Part shown: piece by piece, positions 9,342-19,323 of the stretch | How the letters are laid out: each line of letters opens with the position of its first letter | Position numbering within the stretch: the stretch's first letter is position 1 | From: a virus | Taxonomy: Duplodnaviria; Caudoviricetes | Reading direction: 5' to 3' (one strand) | Virus record (IMG/VR): IMGVR_UViG_3300012231_000002 | Span: 1-54,551 of that record | Length of the DNA stretch: 54,551 nucleotides | Notes under the pieces: model-generated | What the model was told of the DNA's origin: nothing | Database searches by the model: none | The model's input: only the letters and a program-made list of their open reading frames with translations | Made by a program: the position numbers and the translations under genes

Positions 9342-10751
9342 ATGCCGCACATTCCCGGTACGGGGCGAACGCGCTCTACTCACCGCAACCGCATCCGAAC
9401 AACTCACGATCATGCTGGTTATGACTGGGCTACTGGTGGTGTCACTCAGGAGTTCTTTGAACAAATTCTGATTGACGATGTGCCCGCTAGTCCTGTGGTC
9501 ATTGGGGGCCCCGGCTCGCCTAGTGGTTCCTTGGAGTCTGTGCCGCCTGCTGTTCCGACCAACCTCGTGTTGACCTCTGCTCTCGGCTCGGATATTGACG
9601 GGCGTTCTATCCTTCAGTTGATTGCTACGCTGACGCAGCCCACTGATACTGACCTCTTTGGTTCGTACGTTGAGTTTACCGCTGACAATGATGGTAACCC
9701 CGACCCCGGCTTGGTTGCTCCTATCTGGACGAACGCCGCTATTGTCTTGATTGGGCGTGAGGCTACTGCTGCTGCGATCGAGGGCGTGCGCGGCCTGACT
9801 CAGTACTGGGCTCGGGCGTGGGCCGTGGACATGATCGGCAATCGCTCAGATTACACGGCCATTGTCACGCATACTACGGTCAAGGATGATGTTGCTCCCG
9901 GTATGCCGCAGAACGTGGTGGCGTCGGGTGGTTTCAAGGGCCTCGGCGCACACTGGTCTCCCTCTCAGGCAGCCGATTTGATGTTCTATGACATCCGGTA
10001 TGCGATTGATGATGGCAGTGGTACTGGTCCTGCCACCGATCAGTGGGTCTCTGTCCGCGCTCGGACGAATACTATTTGGATCGACGCGCTGACGATCAAT
10101 GTCAAGTACTGGCTTCAGGTTCGTTCCGTGGATTTCTCGGGTAACGTGGTCACGAGTGATGTGGACCCCACCGCTGTTGACTACCTCGTTTTCCCCGAGG
10201 CGGGCTGGACCGTGGCCGTACAGGCTACGCCGAATGCTGTTGGTGCCTCAGACGTGGCGTTCAATAGCGTGATTACGGACATCCTGTTCGCCAATCGGAT
10301 CGACGCTGGGACCATCACCACCGGCATCCTGAAGGTCAATACGACCGATGGGAACATGGCAGATGGCATCGAAATCTATACCAGCGGCGGTCTCCGTATC
10401 GGCAAGTGGGATGAGACTGGGCTCTATATTGGCAAGACTGCCGATGGCCTTCCTGCTGACCTGTCAGCCTCCGACTACGTGCGTGTGACCGACGCTGGTT
10501 TGACCGTGTATCTCAACGGTGTATCGCAGGCTGCGATTACCCCCGATGGGATCAATGCTTCTGCGGTGAACTTTGGAGCGCTTCCCGGTGGTCACAATCT
10601 TCTTCAGAACTCTTCCTTTGAGTTGGCTGACTTTACGTCTGCCGCCTCTACCAAGACATGGGATGCTTCTGGTGACTTCACTGGTACGCAGATCGCCACG
10701 GTGAATGTTACGACCTCTGGTGGCTTGTCCCAGACGGCGAGCACATACTGA
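9342..10751 (+). CDS. Tail protein with fibronectin type III domains
   Basis: PPAVPTNL, ARAWAVD.IGNRS, APGMPQNV, YWLQVRSVD.SGN; NLLQNSSFE. Confidence 0.75.
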   Translation: MPHIPGTGRTRSTHRNRIRTTHDHAGYDWATGGVTQEFFEQILIDDVPASPVVIGGPGSPSGSLESVPPAVPTNLVLTSALGSDIDGRSILQLIATLTQPTDTDLFGSYVEFTADNDGNPDPGLVAPIWTNAAIVLIGREATAAAIEGVRGLTQYWARAWAVDMIGNRSDYTAIVTHTTVKDDVAPGMPQNVVASGGFKGLGAHWSPSQAADLMFYDIRYAIDDGSGTGPATDQWVSVRARTNTIWIDALTINVKYWLQVRSVDFSGNVVTSDVDPTAVDYLVFPEAGWTVAVQATPNAVGASDVAFNSVITDILFANRIDAGTITTGILKVNTTDGNMADGIEIYTSGGLRIGKWDETGLYIGKTADGLPADLSASDYVRVTDAGLTVYLNGVSQAAITPDGINASAVNFGALPGGHNLLQNSSFELADFTSAASTKTWDASGDFTGTQIATVNVTTSGGLSQTASTY

Positions 10752-13339
10752 TGGCTGATACCACTTGGTACTGTAACAAGGACGCCCGGATTGCGGACAA
10801 TGGTAGCAATCTCGGTGCCGGTGCTTCTGACTATCTGCCCGTTGGTCTGTACTCCGGGTATAAGTACAGGTCCCTGCTGGGTTTCTCTTACTCGTTTTCT
10901 GGCATGGTTGCTATCACCAATGCCGTCCTGCACATCAAGACTAGTAGTCAGTTCTACGTTGCTTTCGGTTCTGATCCCGATGTGGTGGTTCGGCGTATCA
11001 CTGCCTCGTGGTCTGAGGGTAGCAGCGTCGGTCTGTCGGGTTCTAACGCGGTCCACTGGGGTAACCAGCCCTCTTCTACTGCTAGTAACGAGGCTACGTT
11101 CGATGTGTCCGTTGCGCAGAATACGTGGGATACAGTCAATATCACGGCCCTGCTTCAAGACGCCAAGGCCGCTGGCGTCTTCTATGGCCTCCGCTTGGCT
11201 GCCGTTGATGAGGGTGCTGCTTCCGATGTTACTGAGTTCTATGCTCGCGAGTTCGGTAGCAACGATGCCTATATCGTGGTCACGTACACGACCAACGTTA
11301 TCCCCAACGCGCCCGTCTCTCTGGCCCCGACTGGCGGGTCAATCCCCAACGGTGGGTTGACTCCGACCATTTCGTTCACGCATAGCGACAATGATAGTGA
11401 CCCGCTCTTGGACTACGACCTTCAGGTCTCTACGGACTCGACCTTCGCCTCGGTCACACATTGGAACATCGCGGCTCAGACGACCGGGATCGTTGGCAAT
11501 GACGTGGATCGGGTGTACGCCGGGACTGCGCTGACCCGTGGGAGTACGTACTACTGGCGCGCTCGGACCAGTGCATCTAGCGGCGAACTGGGTGAAGGGG
11601 CTTGGACTGCCGCGCAGTCGTTCGTGGTCTCTTCTCTGCCTACCGCCACGCTGACTGAGCCCTCGGCCACTGGTCGGTTGATGCGTACAACCTTTGTGGC
11701 TGGCGGTGGCTGGGCCTCACCGCGCCCTTACGTGACTTGGGGCTTCTCCTGTCCTGATGGTGGTTCGCAGGCTTCGTGGGAAGTGGACATCGCCAATGAT
11801 TCCGCTGGTTCGCCGGGGTCATCCGCCTATGCCTCTGGTGTGGTGGCGGGGACCGACTCTAGTGTTACGCCTGCTATCACGCTCACGGAGTCGAACTACT
11901 ATCACGTTCGCGTCCGTGGCGTCTGCTCGCATGGTGAGACCTCGGCGTACTCGGGCTACTTCCGGGTGCGTGCTCGCTGGGGCGTGGAGACGCATCGGTT
12001 TGACTGTGGCTCAGCCCCTACTTCGTGGAGCATCTCGACCCTTCAGACCACCACCCTGTCTACTAATGCGGTGGTTATGGAGTACAGCAGCAATACGACT
12101 ACTTCCACTCCGGGGACCTTCTACGATAGCTTGGCCGCTGCGCCGTTTAACAGGTACTTCTTCTATAAGGCGTGGCTGTTGTCGTGGGGTGCTTCTCCGG
12201 CTACGTCTGCCTCGTTGGATAAGATGGTCCTGTCTTACTCGGCCAACGTCCTGATTCCTGATAAGTGGACGCTTTCCAGTGCGAACATGACCGTTGACGA
12301 GGCGACCTATGTCTACGGGACTCAATCGCTGAAGTTCACTGGGGACGGTTCTACCCACACGGCGAAGCAGACGGTCTCTGTTATCCCCAATACGAACTAC
12401 ATCCTGTCTGGACGCCTGAAGATTCTATCCAGTCCTGATATCACTTTCCGTATTGAGTCTACGACTGGCACGATCTTGGCTCTCTATTCCCCGGCTAACG
12501 GTACGGCTGACTGGGCTCGTTGGGACTCTGGCATCGTCAACTCTGGCGCTCTGACTGAGGTTGTCATCAATATTCGTGGTGTTGGCTCTGCCCCCGGCGC
12601 GGCGTGGGTTGATGCCCTGAAGTTTGAGGCCAGCAACGTTGTTACGCCGTGGAGCCCGTCCTTTCTAGGCAACGCTGTGGTGCTGGATGCTGGCGGACTA
12701 CAGGTGGACGCCACTAATGGCGGTATCCTCCGTCTCCGTGGCTCCACGGGGGGCACACGGGATCGTGTGGACCTTGGGGCTAATGGTCTGAAGTTCGGTG
12801 GTGAGACTGCCCTCGAAATCTCATCGCCTGCTGCCAAGACGCTGAAGCTGGGTACAACTGACACGCTTTTGCGCACTGGCGGTACGGCGTTCCCCGGTTC
12901 GCCTGCGTCTGGTGATATTTTTTGGCGCTCGGACCTTCGTATGGATTGCTTTTATGACGGTACTAGGTGGCTTAGCAAGGATTTGATGACTTATCAGATT
13001 ACAAGCCTTCGAATGGTCATTCCTTTCACGTCGAACCAAAGTGTCAATGCATCATGGCCCCGTGCGGACGGTGGTGACATTTACATCGAGGACGTGTGGT
13101 GTGATACCTATGTTGCTACTACGAACTCGGGTTCGGCCTATTGGACAATCAACTTCAATGGCATCTTGTCGTTGAGTACGATTAGCAATTCGCCAAACGT
13201 AGTTGTTCGTGAGCAGAGTGCTGTTGATGCTGTCCATAACAACGGTTCGTCGTGGATGCAGGCCGACTTTGCTAAGGTCAGCACACCGGGCAACATTTAC
13301 GGCACAGTCAGTTTCACATATCGCTGGGTGCTTACCTGA
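10751..13339 (+). CDS. Tail fibre/receptor-binding protein (DNRLRE-like N-terminus, FnIII, carbohydrate-binding module)
   Basis: DARI...YRSLLGF...AVLHI, FYARE; TYYWRART; VIPNTNYILSG...WVDALKFE. Confidence 0.7.
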   Translation: MADTTWYCNKDARIADNGSNLGAGASDYLPVGLYSGYKYRSLLGFSYSFSGMVAITNAVLHIKTSSQFYVAFGSDPDVVVRRITASWSEGSSVGLSGSNAVHWGNQPSSTASNEATFDVSVAQNTWDTVNITALLQDAKAAGVFYGLRLAAVDEGAASDVTEFYAREFGSNDAYIVVTYTTNVIPNAPVSLAPTGGSIPNGGLTPTISFTHSDNDSDPLLDYDLQVSTDSTFASVTHWNIAAQTTGIVGNDVDRVYAGTALTRGSTYYWRARTSASSGELGEGAWTAAQSFVVSSLPTATLTEPSATGRLMRTTFVAGGGWASPRPYVTWGFSCPDGGSQASWEVDIANDSAGSPGSSAYASGVVAGTDSSVTPAITLTESNYYHVRVRGVCSHGETSAYSGYFRVRARWGVETHRFDCGSAPTSWSISTLQTTTLSTNAVVMEYSSNTTTSTPGTFYDSLAAAPFNRYFFYKAWLLSWGASPATSASLDKMVLSYSANVLIPDKWTLSSANMTVDEATYVYGTQSLKFTGDGSTHTAKQTVSVIPNTNYILSGRLKILSSPDITFRIESTTGTILALYSPANGTADWARWDSGIVNSGALTEVVINIRGVGSAPGAAWVDALKFEASNVVTPWSPSFLGNAVVLDAGGLQVDATNGGILRLRGSTGGTRDRVDLGANGLKFGGETALEISSPAAKTLKLGTTDTLLRTGGTAFPGSPASGDIFWRSDLRMDCFYDGTRWLSKDLMTYQITSLRMVIPFTSNQSVNASWPRADGGDIYIEDVWCDTYVATTNSGSAYWTINFNGILSLSTISNSPNVVVREQSAVDAVHNNGSSWMQADFAKVSTPGNIYGTVSFTYRWVLT

Positions 13340-13430
13340 TACTAGGCTCCTATCCTTACGTGTTGTTTTCTCGTCGTCGTCGTGTGACGATGAGAGTGTT
13401 GGCAACGCATAACCACTAGGAGTCACACCA

Positions 13431-13688
13431 ATGGCCGTTCTTAATGCAAGCGAGCCCCTTGGGCTTCCGCCCGGAAGTGTCAGGGCTCTGATTGCTCTCG
13501 GCTTCTCCGGCGTCACCATGTATCTGTTCGCGACGAACCAGCCGATTGACCCCGGTTATCTCGCGATCACGACCCTGATTGTCGGCAACTATTTCGGTAC
13601 TCGTGGTGCCGAGAATGTCGAGGGTCATACTACCATCGAGGTTCTCGCGCCGCCCGCCACTGGCGATTCGGTCGAGGACCCGGCTTAA
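13431..13688 (+). CDS. Small two-TM membrane protein (holin candidate)
   Basis: PLGLPPGSVRALIAL...IVGNYFGTR; RBS AGGAG. Confidence 0.6.
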   Translation: MAVLNASEPLGLPPGSVRALIALGFSGVTMYLFATNQPIDPGYLAITTLIVGNYFGTRGAENVEGHTTIEVLAPPATGDSVEDPA

Positions 13689-14455
13689 TGTCCAAGTGGA
13701 CGGAGGCCGAACTTGCCGCTCTTGACTCCGTTGCAAATGACAACGGCATGTCGGCGTACCATGCTTGGGCAGCCCTCTCGGGTTATACCAAGTCGTTCGA
13801 TGCCTTCGAGGTAAAACGTCGTCGGGTGCTACAGGGTGGTACCCATCGTCCGGTTGCCGCAGCAGCCACCACGTTCGGAGTAGCCGCCGATGCGCCTGAG
13901 ACCCTCGTCACACAGGAAGAGATGGCGAATTTCGTCGGCTTCTCTATGGCTTTCTGGGACCTCGAAACGACGTTCTCGACCCAGCCCCTCGTTCTTCTCG
14001 GGTGTATCGCCGACCAGTTCGGTAATGTCACCGAGTTCAGGAAGGGAAAGGACATCACCGACGACAAGGCGCTTGTCAAAGCGATCCGTGATGCCCTCGT
14101 CAAGTACGACATCTGGGTGACATGGAATGGCATCCTGTTCGATGTTCCCGTCCTCAATGGGCGGTTGATCTTCCACGGGCTGGAACCGCTCCCGCCCACC
14201 ATGCATATCGACGCCATGTACAAGGCCACCGGTGGTAGCGTCCGCATTGGACGCCGCTCTCTAGACTCGGTGTCAAAGTATTTCGATGTCGATAACAAGA
14301 AGACCCCGCTCAACGTCAGAACGTGGGACAAGGCCATGTCTGGTGATGCCGATGCCTACGAACTGATCGCTGAGCATTGTCATGCTGATGTTCTTGTCAC
14401 AAGAGATGTGTTCAATGTTCTGAAGCCACAGGTTCGGCGCGTCGAAAGGAAGTAG
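13688..14455 (+). CDS. RNase H-like 3'-5' exonuclease (DEDD/YprB-like)
   Basis: FWDLET, VTWNG..FDVPVL, HIDAMY, HC.ADV. Confidence 0.85.
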   Translation: MSKWTEAELAALDSVANDNGMSAYHAWAALSGYTKSFDAFEVKRRRVLQGGTHRPVAAAATTFGVAADAPETLVTQEEMANFVGFSMAFWDLETTFSTQPLVLLGCIADQFGNVTEFRKGKDITDDKALVKAIRDALVKYDIWVTWNGILFDVPVLNGRLIFHGLEPLPPTMHIDAMYKATGGSVRIGRRSLDSVSKYFDVDNKKTPLNVRTWDKAMSGDADAYELIAEHCHADVLVTRDVFNVLKPQVRRVERK

Positions 14456-14456
14456 T

Positions 14457-14750
14457 GTGATGGCGGTGCGGTTGCTCCGGGCAGATGGGACGGCTCTTCT
14501 CGTTGACGTTGAAGAGACCGAACCAGAGGGCTACCGCCGCCGCCTTATCGGATTCCTCCCGGCAACGGAGCGCCCTATCCATGCACGAGTTGTAGAGGTA
14601 CCTGACAATGAGCATTCCGATGGGAGTGGAGTGGTCGGACCATCTGACCCGGACTTTTGGTGTACGTGTGGGGGCGACGCGGAGGGCGATTGGATTCACG
14701 GAGACCCGGAAACGTATGAAGAAGATGGCCCGGAAGTCGAGGCAGATTAA
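14457..14750 (+). CDS. Hypothetical protein
   Basis: Tight packing with neighbours. Confidence 0.5.
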   Translation: MMAVRLLRADGTALLVDVEETEPEGYRRRLIGFLPATERPIHARVVEVPDNEHSDGSGVVGPSDPDFWCTCGGDAEGDWIHGDPETYEEDGPEVEAD

Positions 14751-14752
14751 CC

Positions 14753-15085
14753 GTGTCCGAGCCAAGCGTCGCTGATCTTCAGGCTGTCATCGCCAGCCTT
14801 CTTGGCTTAGCCGCTGGGCTGACGGTGGTGATCTGGAAGCTGTTCAACAAGATGGCCCGTGGTTGCCCTCGTTGCCCCCACTGCATTGAAGAGCACCGCG
14901 AGGAAGACGAGCGGAAAAAGAAGAAGAGGATCGAGGATGCGCGTACGAATCTTCGCCACTTGGGTGTCTCGGAAGAAGAGATTAATCGCCGCTTGGACAA
15001 GTGGCCTAAGGCTGTGGTGGCACCGGAGGCGCGGCCATCTCGTGGTTCGCTCGGTGATGCGGGACGTTCAGAGCGTCTCCGGTGA
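14753..15085 (+). CDS. Hypothetical membrane protein with CPRCPHC
   Basis: N-terminal TM helix; RBS GAGG. Confidence 0.55.
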   Translation: MSEPSVADLQAVIASLLGLAAGLTVVIWKLFNKMARGCPRCPHCIEEHREEDERKKKKRIEDARTNLRHLGVSEEEINRRLDKWPKAVVAPEARPSRGSLGDAGRSERLR

Positions 15086-15158
15086 ATATCAGTTCTATTT
15101 CCGTCGCTCTTGGCATTGTGCCACTTGCAAATTCGACTGGCCGTACTATAGTTGATGC

Positions 15159-15302
15159 ATGGGTAACCATAATGGTCGCGTCTCCATGCGCGGAAGACTC
15201 GGCGTCAAGGTAATTCGTGCTCAGCCAACGTGGCGTACGCGCCTCGCTGATATCACATGGTCCTTTAGGACGTTCATTCGTAACAGGTTTCGGAGGCTCT
15301 AG
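15159..15302 (+). CDS. Small basic protein (47 aa, MGNHNGRVSMRGRLGVKVIRAQP...)
   Basis: Below the ORF-track cutoff; stop abuts the ATG at 15303; TTGCAA-16-TATAGT at 15125-15152 upstream. Confidence 0.45.
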   Translation: MGNHNGRVSMRGRLGVKVIRAQPTWRTRLADITWSFRTFIRNRFRRL

Positions 15303-16136
15303 ATGAAGCTCTTTGAGAAGCCCCTGCGGCTCCCGCTGGGATTTGTCCTTGGCCGCGACCCGCATGGCTCGGCTACTCTTATGTCGGGCATGATGTTCGA
15401 CACTCACTTGCGCGCTACACATATGCGCAATGGCGTGATCATCGGTGAGCACGACTTGGGCTCCGGCCTCGTCACCAACATCGGCGTCTTGGCCTTGGCT
15501 GGTGACAGCCAGTGGCCGCAGACTTCCATCGTCACCAACCTGTTCAAGCTCCTTCAGTACCATGCCTCGGGTAAGGGTGTCACTGCTGCGGCGTTTACTG
15601 ATATCCAGATCGAGACTGACTCCACCGTTGGTGGGCAGACCCCGGTGGCTGGTACTCAGGTCTTCACTCACGATCAGTCGGCTACGGCTCAGAAGTGGGT
15701 CTCTGTTGCCACGATCGCGTACACGGGTACTGAGGCTGTTACCGAGTGGGGCCTGTTCAATGGTTCTACGCTCTCGCGGACGACCGGTACTCCGTTCACT
15801 GCCACGACTGCCAATACTGGCACGGTTACTGGTACTCCTCTGACCGCATCCAGTACTTCGGTCCGTGGTGAGACGCAGTTCGTGGTAAAGACGACTACTA
15901 CCCCGCGTTACGCCCTGATCACTAGCAACTCCACTTCGGTCCTGACTCTCTCCTTCTCGGCTGCGTCGGGTTGGATGGTTACCTCGACCGGTGTCATCGG
16001 CAGCACTCCGGGTTCGTCTGAGGCGTTCACTCTTCGTCCGGTGATGTGGGACCACAAGGTCTTCTCGGCCATCAACGTCCTGAACGGCGACAGCATCCAG
16101 TTCACGTACACGCTGACCATCGCTTCGGGGGGTTGA
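15303..16136 (+). CDS. Virion structural protein
   Basis: AVTEWGLFN...MWDHKVFSAINV.NGDSIQFTYTLTI, a fibre/baseplate-type motif. Confidence 0.7.
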   Translation: MKLFEKPLRLPLGFVLGRDPHGSATLMSGMMFDTHLRATHMRNGVIIGEHDLGSGLVTNIGVLALAGDSQWPQTSIVTNLFKLLQYHASGKGVTAAAFTDIQIETDSTVGGQTPVAGTQVFTHDQSATAQKWVSVATIAYTGTEAVTEWGLFNGSTLSRTTGTPFTATTANTGTVTGTPLTASSTSVRGETQFVVKTTTTPRYALITSNSTSVLTLSFSAASGWMVTSTGVIGSTPGSSEAFTLRPVMWDHKVFSAINVLNGDSIQFTYTLTIASGG

Positions 16137-16181
16137 GTAATGGGCGCTCTTGCCGGGTTCAAGGTGCCCCGGTGTTGAGCA

Positions 16182-16454
16182 GTGGCACCTGAAGCCGTTA
16201 CCTTCCCGCATCGTCGGTTCGTCCTAACTCAAACCGTTGGTGGGGTCGAGACAAACGTCATCCAATCGACCCCGTTACCTCCGAACTACAGCACGGATCG
16301 GACCGAACGCCAAGAGGCGATGGACTCGGCGTGGGCGGCGAAGAACCTCGATCCTGCCATTCTCTATAAGCTGTACGGTCCTACCAACGGCGGCGCGCAC
16401 ACCGATGATGACCTGATCTGGCGGTCTGATATTGACTACGGCGACGGCAACTAA
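16182..16454 (+). CDS. Hypothetical protein
   Basis: Stop abuts the next start. Confidence 0.55.
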   Translation: MAPEAVTFPHRRFVLTQTVGGVETNVIQSTPLPPNYSTDRTERQEAMDSAWAAKNLDPAILYKLYGPTNGGAHTDDDLIWRSDIDYGDGN

Positions 16455-18968
16455 GTGTCTGCTCCCCTGTATGTCGCCGCATCGACCGGCGCAACTGACG
16501 CTACTGGTGCGTGGACGGCTACATGTCACGCCCCCGGCGCTGCTGGCCGCATCATCATCCTTCAGGTTCTGCAAGACGGTACGGGTACTCCTGCGACAGC
16601 CGACTCTGTTACGAACGCAGAGAACCTTGCCGGGACTGACAATGTTCTGACTCTCGTTGGGTCGTTTAATGTTGGATCGGCGACTGCGGCCCGACAGTTG
16701 ATCTACATTGGCCGAACGCTATCCACTTCGGCTCCGGTCGTTACCGGGTCCAACTCGGCTGGCGATGATCTGTACTGGCGGTTCTACGAGTTCAAGGACG
16801 TTTCGACCGGCACGACGCTCGCAACGGTTATCGAGAATGCGACGGCGGGCTCAACTGTCAATGAGGTCGGGACTTCTGCAACGGCGTCAGACGCGAGCGT
16901 CCAGTCACTCGGCTCTGATCGACTTGCCCTGAACTTCATCGCCGTCAACGACGACAATGCTATTGCCACCTTGGCCGGTATGACTGGCGGCACATGGATG
17001 ACACCCATCTCCCACTACGCCGACTCGGCCGGTACGGACGGAGCTATCGGCATTCAGACCGCCTATCCCGGCCCATCCATCCCTAACGAGGTCGGGGCGA
17101 GTCTCGTCAACTTCGGCACTACCTCCAATCCAGAGCGGGCGCAGTCGTTCAAGGCTCTCGGCGACGCGACGAAGGTCCGGGTACACGTCAGCAAGAGCGG
17201 CGGTCCCGAAGATAATCTGGAAGTCACCATCCAGAGCGACAGCAGCGGGTCGCCATCTGGTACGGTGCTTGGCACAGCCACCTTGGCGGGATCGGACCTG
17301 ACGACTACCGGGACGTGGTATGACCTGACGTTGAGCGCCGACCTGACGGACGGGACGACCTATTGGCTCGTGTTCGGACGGGACGGCGCGAACGACAACA
17401 TCAACTATTACCGCACGTATAGCGTTGCTTCGTCGGTTCGCTACGCAGACGGCAATGCGGCGGTCTTTACCAGTTCGTGGTCCAACCTGAGCACCGAAGA
17501 TATCGTGTTTACGGTCTACCCGAATCACACGACCGTTGATGGCGGCACGGCCAGCGTCACCGCCTCGGATGCTTGGGGAGTCCTTGGCTTCGCTTTGATC
17601 GGAACCACGGCTGATGGCACGACCTACGATCAGGCATTGACTGGTTCTTTGTCGTTCGCTGGTGCTTTTGTGAAGCGGGATAAGAAAGCCTTGACCGCCA
17701 CATTGACTCCGGCAGGCGCACTGAGGCGCGATACTTTCCACAGGATGACTGCGACTCTGACGCCTGCGGGAGCGTTGACCAAGAAAACTTTTCGGTCTTT
17801 GGCCGGTGTTCTGTCATTCTCTGGTGCCCTTGCTGCCTCTCGGTTGATCTTGAAGGCGCTGACCGGGACCCTCTCGTTCTCTGGCTCGCTTAGTAGACGG
17901 ACTGGCAAGTCTTTGGCTGGCACGTTGTCGTTCGCTGGCGAGCAGTCTAAGAGGACCGCCCACACCATGACCGCCACGCTCACGCCCTCTGGTTCTCTGG
18001 TGAAGCGGACTAGCCGCGCGTTGGCTGGTGCTCTCTCGTTCATTGGTGCCCTGTCTGTCTCTCGCCTTATCAACGTGGCGCTGTCTGCCACGCTGTCGTT
18101 CTCTGGTGGGCTAACCAAGCGGACTGGTAAGGCTACTGCTGGTACGTTGTCGTTCGCTGGCTCGTTGGCCAAGCGAACCAGTAGGGCGTTGGCTGGTGGC
18201 CTGTCGTTCTCTGGGTCTTTGGTGAAGCGTACTAATCGTGGGCTGGCTGGTGGTCTCTCTTTCGTTGGGTCTCTGGCGAGGCGGACTGGCAAGGCCACCA
18301 GCGGCACGCTGTCCTTTTCTGGGTCTGTTGCCAAGCGGACTAGCAGGGCGCTTGCTGGTGCTCTGTCTTGGGTCGGTGGACTCGCGACCAATCTCATCCC
18401 CGGTGGTGGCGGGCCACAGACCTATTTTCAGGAGTTGACTGCCACGCTGTCGTTCACTGGTAATCTCAATCGTCGGATGTTCCGGCAGTTGTCCGGTGGT
18501 CTGTCGTTCATTGGCACCCTGACAAAACGGAATTTTAGATCATTTACTGCTACGTTGTCGTTCGTTGGTGCGTTTAGAAAGACTGCCAGAAAGAATCTGA
18601 CTGCCACGCTGTCGTTTACTGGGGCTATCTCTAGGCGTACCTTCCACATGATGACTGCCACGTTGTCGTTCGTTGGTAGTCTGCCTCGGCGGACGGTCCA
18701 TGGCATGACCGCAACGCTGTCGTTCTCGGGGTCCCTGACCAAGAACACTGCTCGGACGCTGGCTGGTGTCTTGTCCTTTGTCGGCAACCACGCAATGTTG
18801 CAGGGCCACTTCTACACGCAAGCGTTCACCGCCACGTTGTCGTTCTCGGGGTCCTTGGCTCGTAGTTTCCTGACGCTGGTCTTTGGTGGTGATGCGTTGA
18901 CTCGTATGAAGTCGAATGTCTCTCGGTTCCCGTGGTATGCTAGGGGTAACAGGCGAGGTCGTCGGTAG
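16455..18968 (+). CDS. Fibre-like virion protein with ~22 basic 18-aa repeats
   Basis: Thr/Ser/Gly-rich beta domains, then repeats of L/M-T-A-T-L-S-F-x-G-x-L-x-K/R-R-T-x-R/K-x. Confidence 0.75.
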   Translation: MSAPLYVAASTGATDATGAWTATCHAPGAAGRIIILQVLQDGTGTPATADSVTNAENLAGTDNVLTLVGSFNVGSATAARQLIYIGRTLSTSAPVVTGSNSAGDDLYWRFYEFKDVSTGTTLATVIENATAGSTVNEVGTSATASDASVQSLGSDRLALNFIAVNDDNAIATLAGMTGGTWMTPISHYADSAGTDGAIGIQTAYPGPSIPNEVGASLVNFGTTSNPERAQSFKALGDATKVRVHVSKSGGPEDNLEVTIQSDSSGSPSGTVLGTATLAGSDLTTTGTWYDLTLSADLTDGTTYWLVFGRDGANDNINYYRTYSVASSVRYADGNAAVFTSSWSNLSTEDIVFTVYPNHTTVDGGTASVTASDAWGVLGFALIGTTADGTTYDQALTGSLSFAGAFVKRDKKALTATLTPAGALRRDTFHRMTATLTPAGALTKKTFRSLAGVLSFSGALAASRLILKALTGTLSFSGSLSRRTGKSLAGTLSFAGEQSKRTAHTMTATLTPSGSLVKRTSRALAGALSFIGALSVSRLINVALSATLSFSGGLTKRTGKATAGTLSFAGSLAKRTSRALAGGLSFSGSLVKRTNRGLAGGLSFVGSLARRTGKATSGTLSFSGSVAKRTSRALAGALSWVGGLATNLIPGGGGPQTYFQELTATLSFTGNLNRRMFRQLSGGLSFIGTLTKRNFRSFTATLSFVGAFRKTARKNLTATLSFTGAISRRTFHMMTATLSFVGSLPRRTVHGMTATLSFSGSLTKNTARTLAGVLSFVGNHAMLQGHFYTQAFTATLSFSGSLARSFLTLVFGGDALTRMKSNVSRFPWYARGNRRGRR

Positions 18969-19057
18969 GACCCTCTCCAACTGGAATTTCAGATACTTGG
19001 TTTACCCACGAGAGGGGGTGATGTCCAGCAGTTGTCGCGAAATTCCTGTCTAGCGCA

Positions 19058-19096
19058 AGAAAAAAGCCCCGACCATTGTGGCCGGGGCTTCTCTCT
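19058..19096. terminator. Bidirectional intrinsic terminator between the converging arms
   Basis: aaaaaagccccgacca-ttg-tggccggggcttctct. Confidence 0.8.
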
Positions 19097-19116
19097 AGTT
19101 GAAGATTTTTACGTCT

Positions 19117-19323
19117 CTAGCATGAGGATGTTGACCCGCATAGGATACAGGTCCAGCAAGCGCCGGTTCTCTGCGTGGGTCCATTATCCCAGATACAGGG
19201 CGGTCCGCCACCGGGCATTCGTGGGGGACTGTAGGTAATCTCTGGCATCTTCGGCGGTGGTTCATCCACAGCAGGATTCGCCGGACTTGCCTCCGCAGGA
19301 GCAGTTGTGCTGGGGTTGAACAT
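19117..19323 (-). CDS. Small Cys-rich protein resembling the class II RNR (NrdJ) C-terminal tail
   Basis: PPC..D....QRTGACWTCILCGSTSSC at the C-terminus; RBS GGAG. Confidence 0.6.
   Translation of the reverse strand: MFNPSTTAPAEASPANPAVDEPPPKMPEITYSPPRMPGGGPPCIWDNGPTQRTGACWTCILCGSTSSC

Noticed and set aside
9301-9342. 13-aa basic ORF MKYPKPTKKRKPR
   Set aside because: Too short to support; it may only couple translation to the next gene
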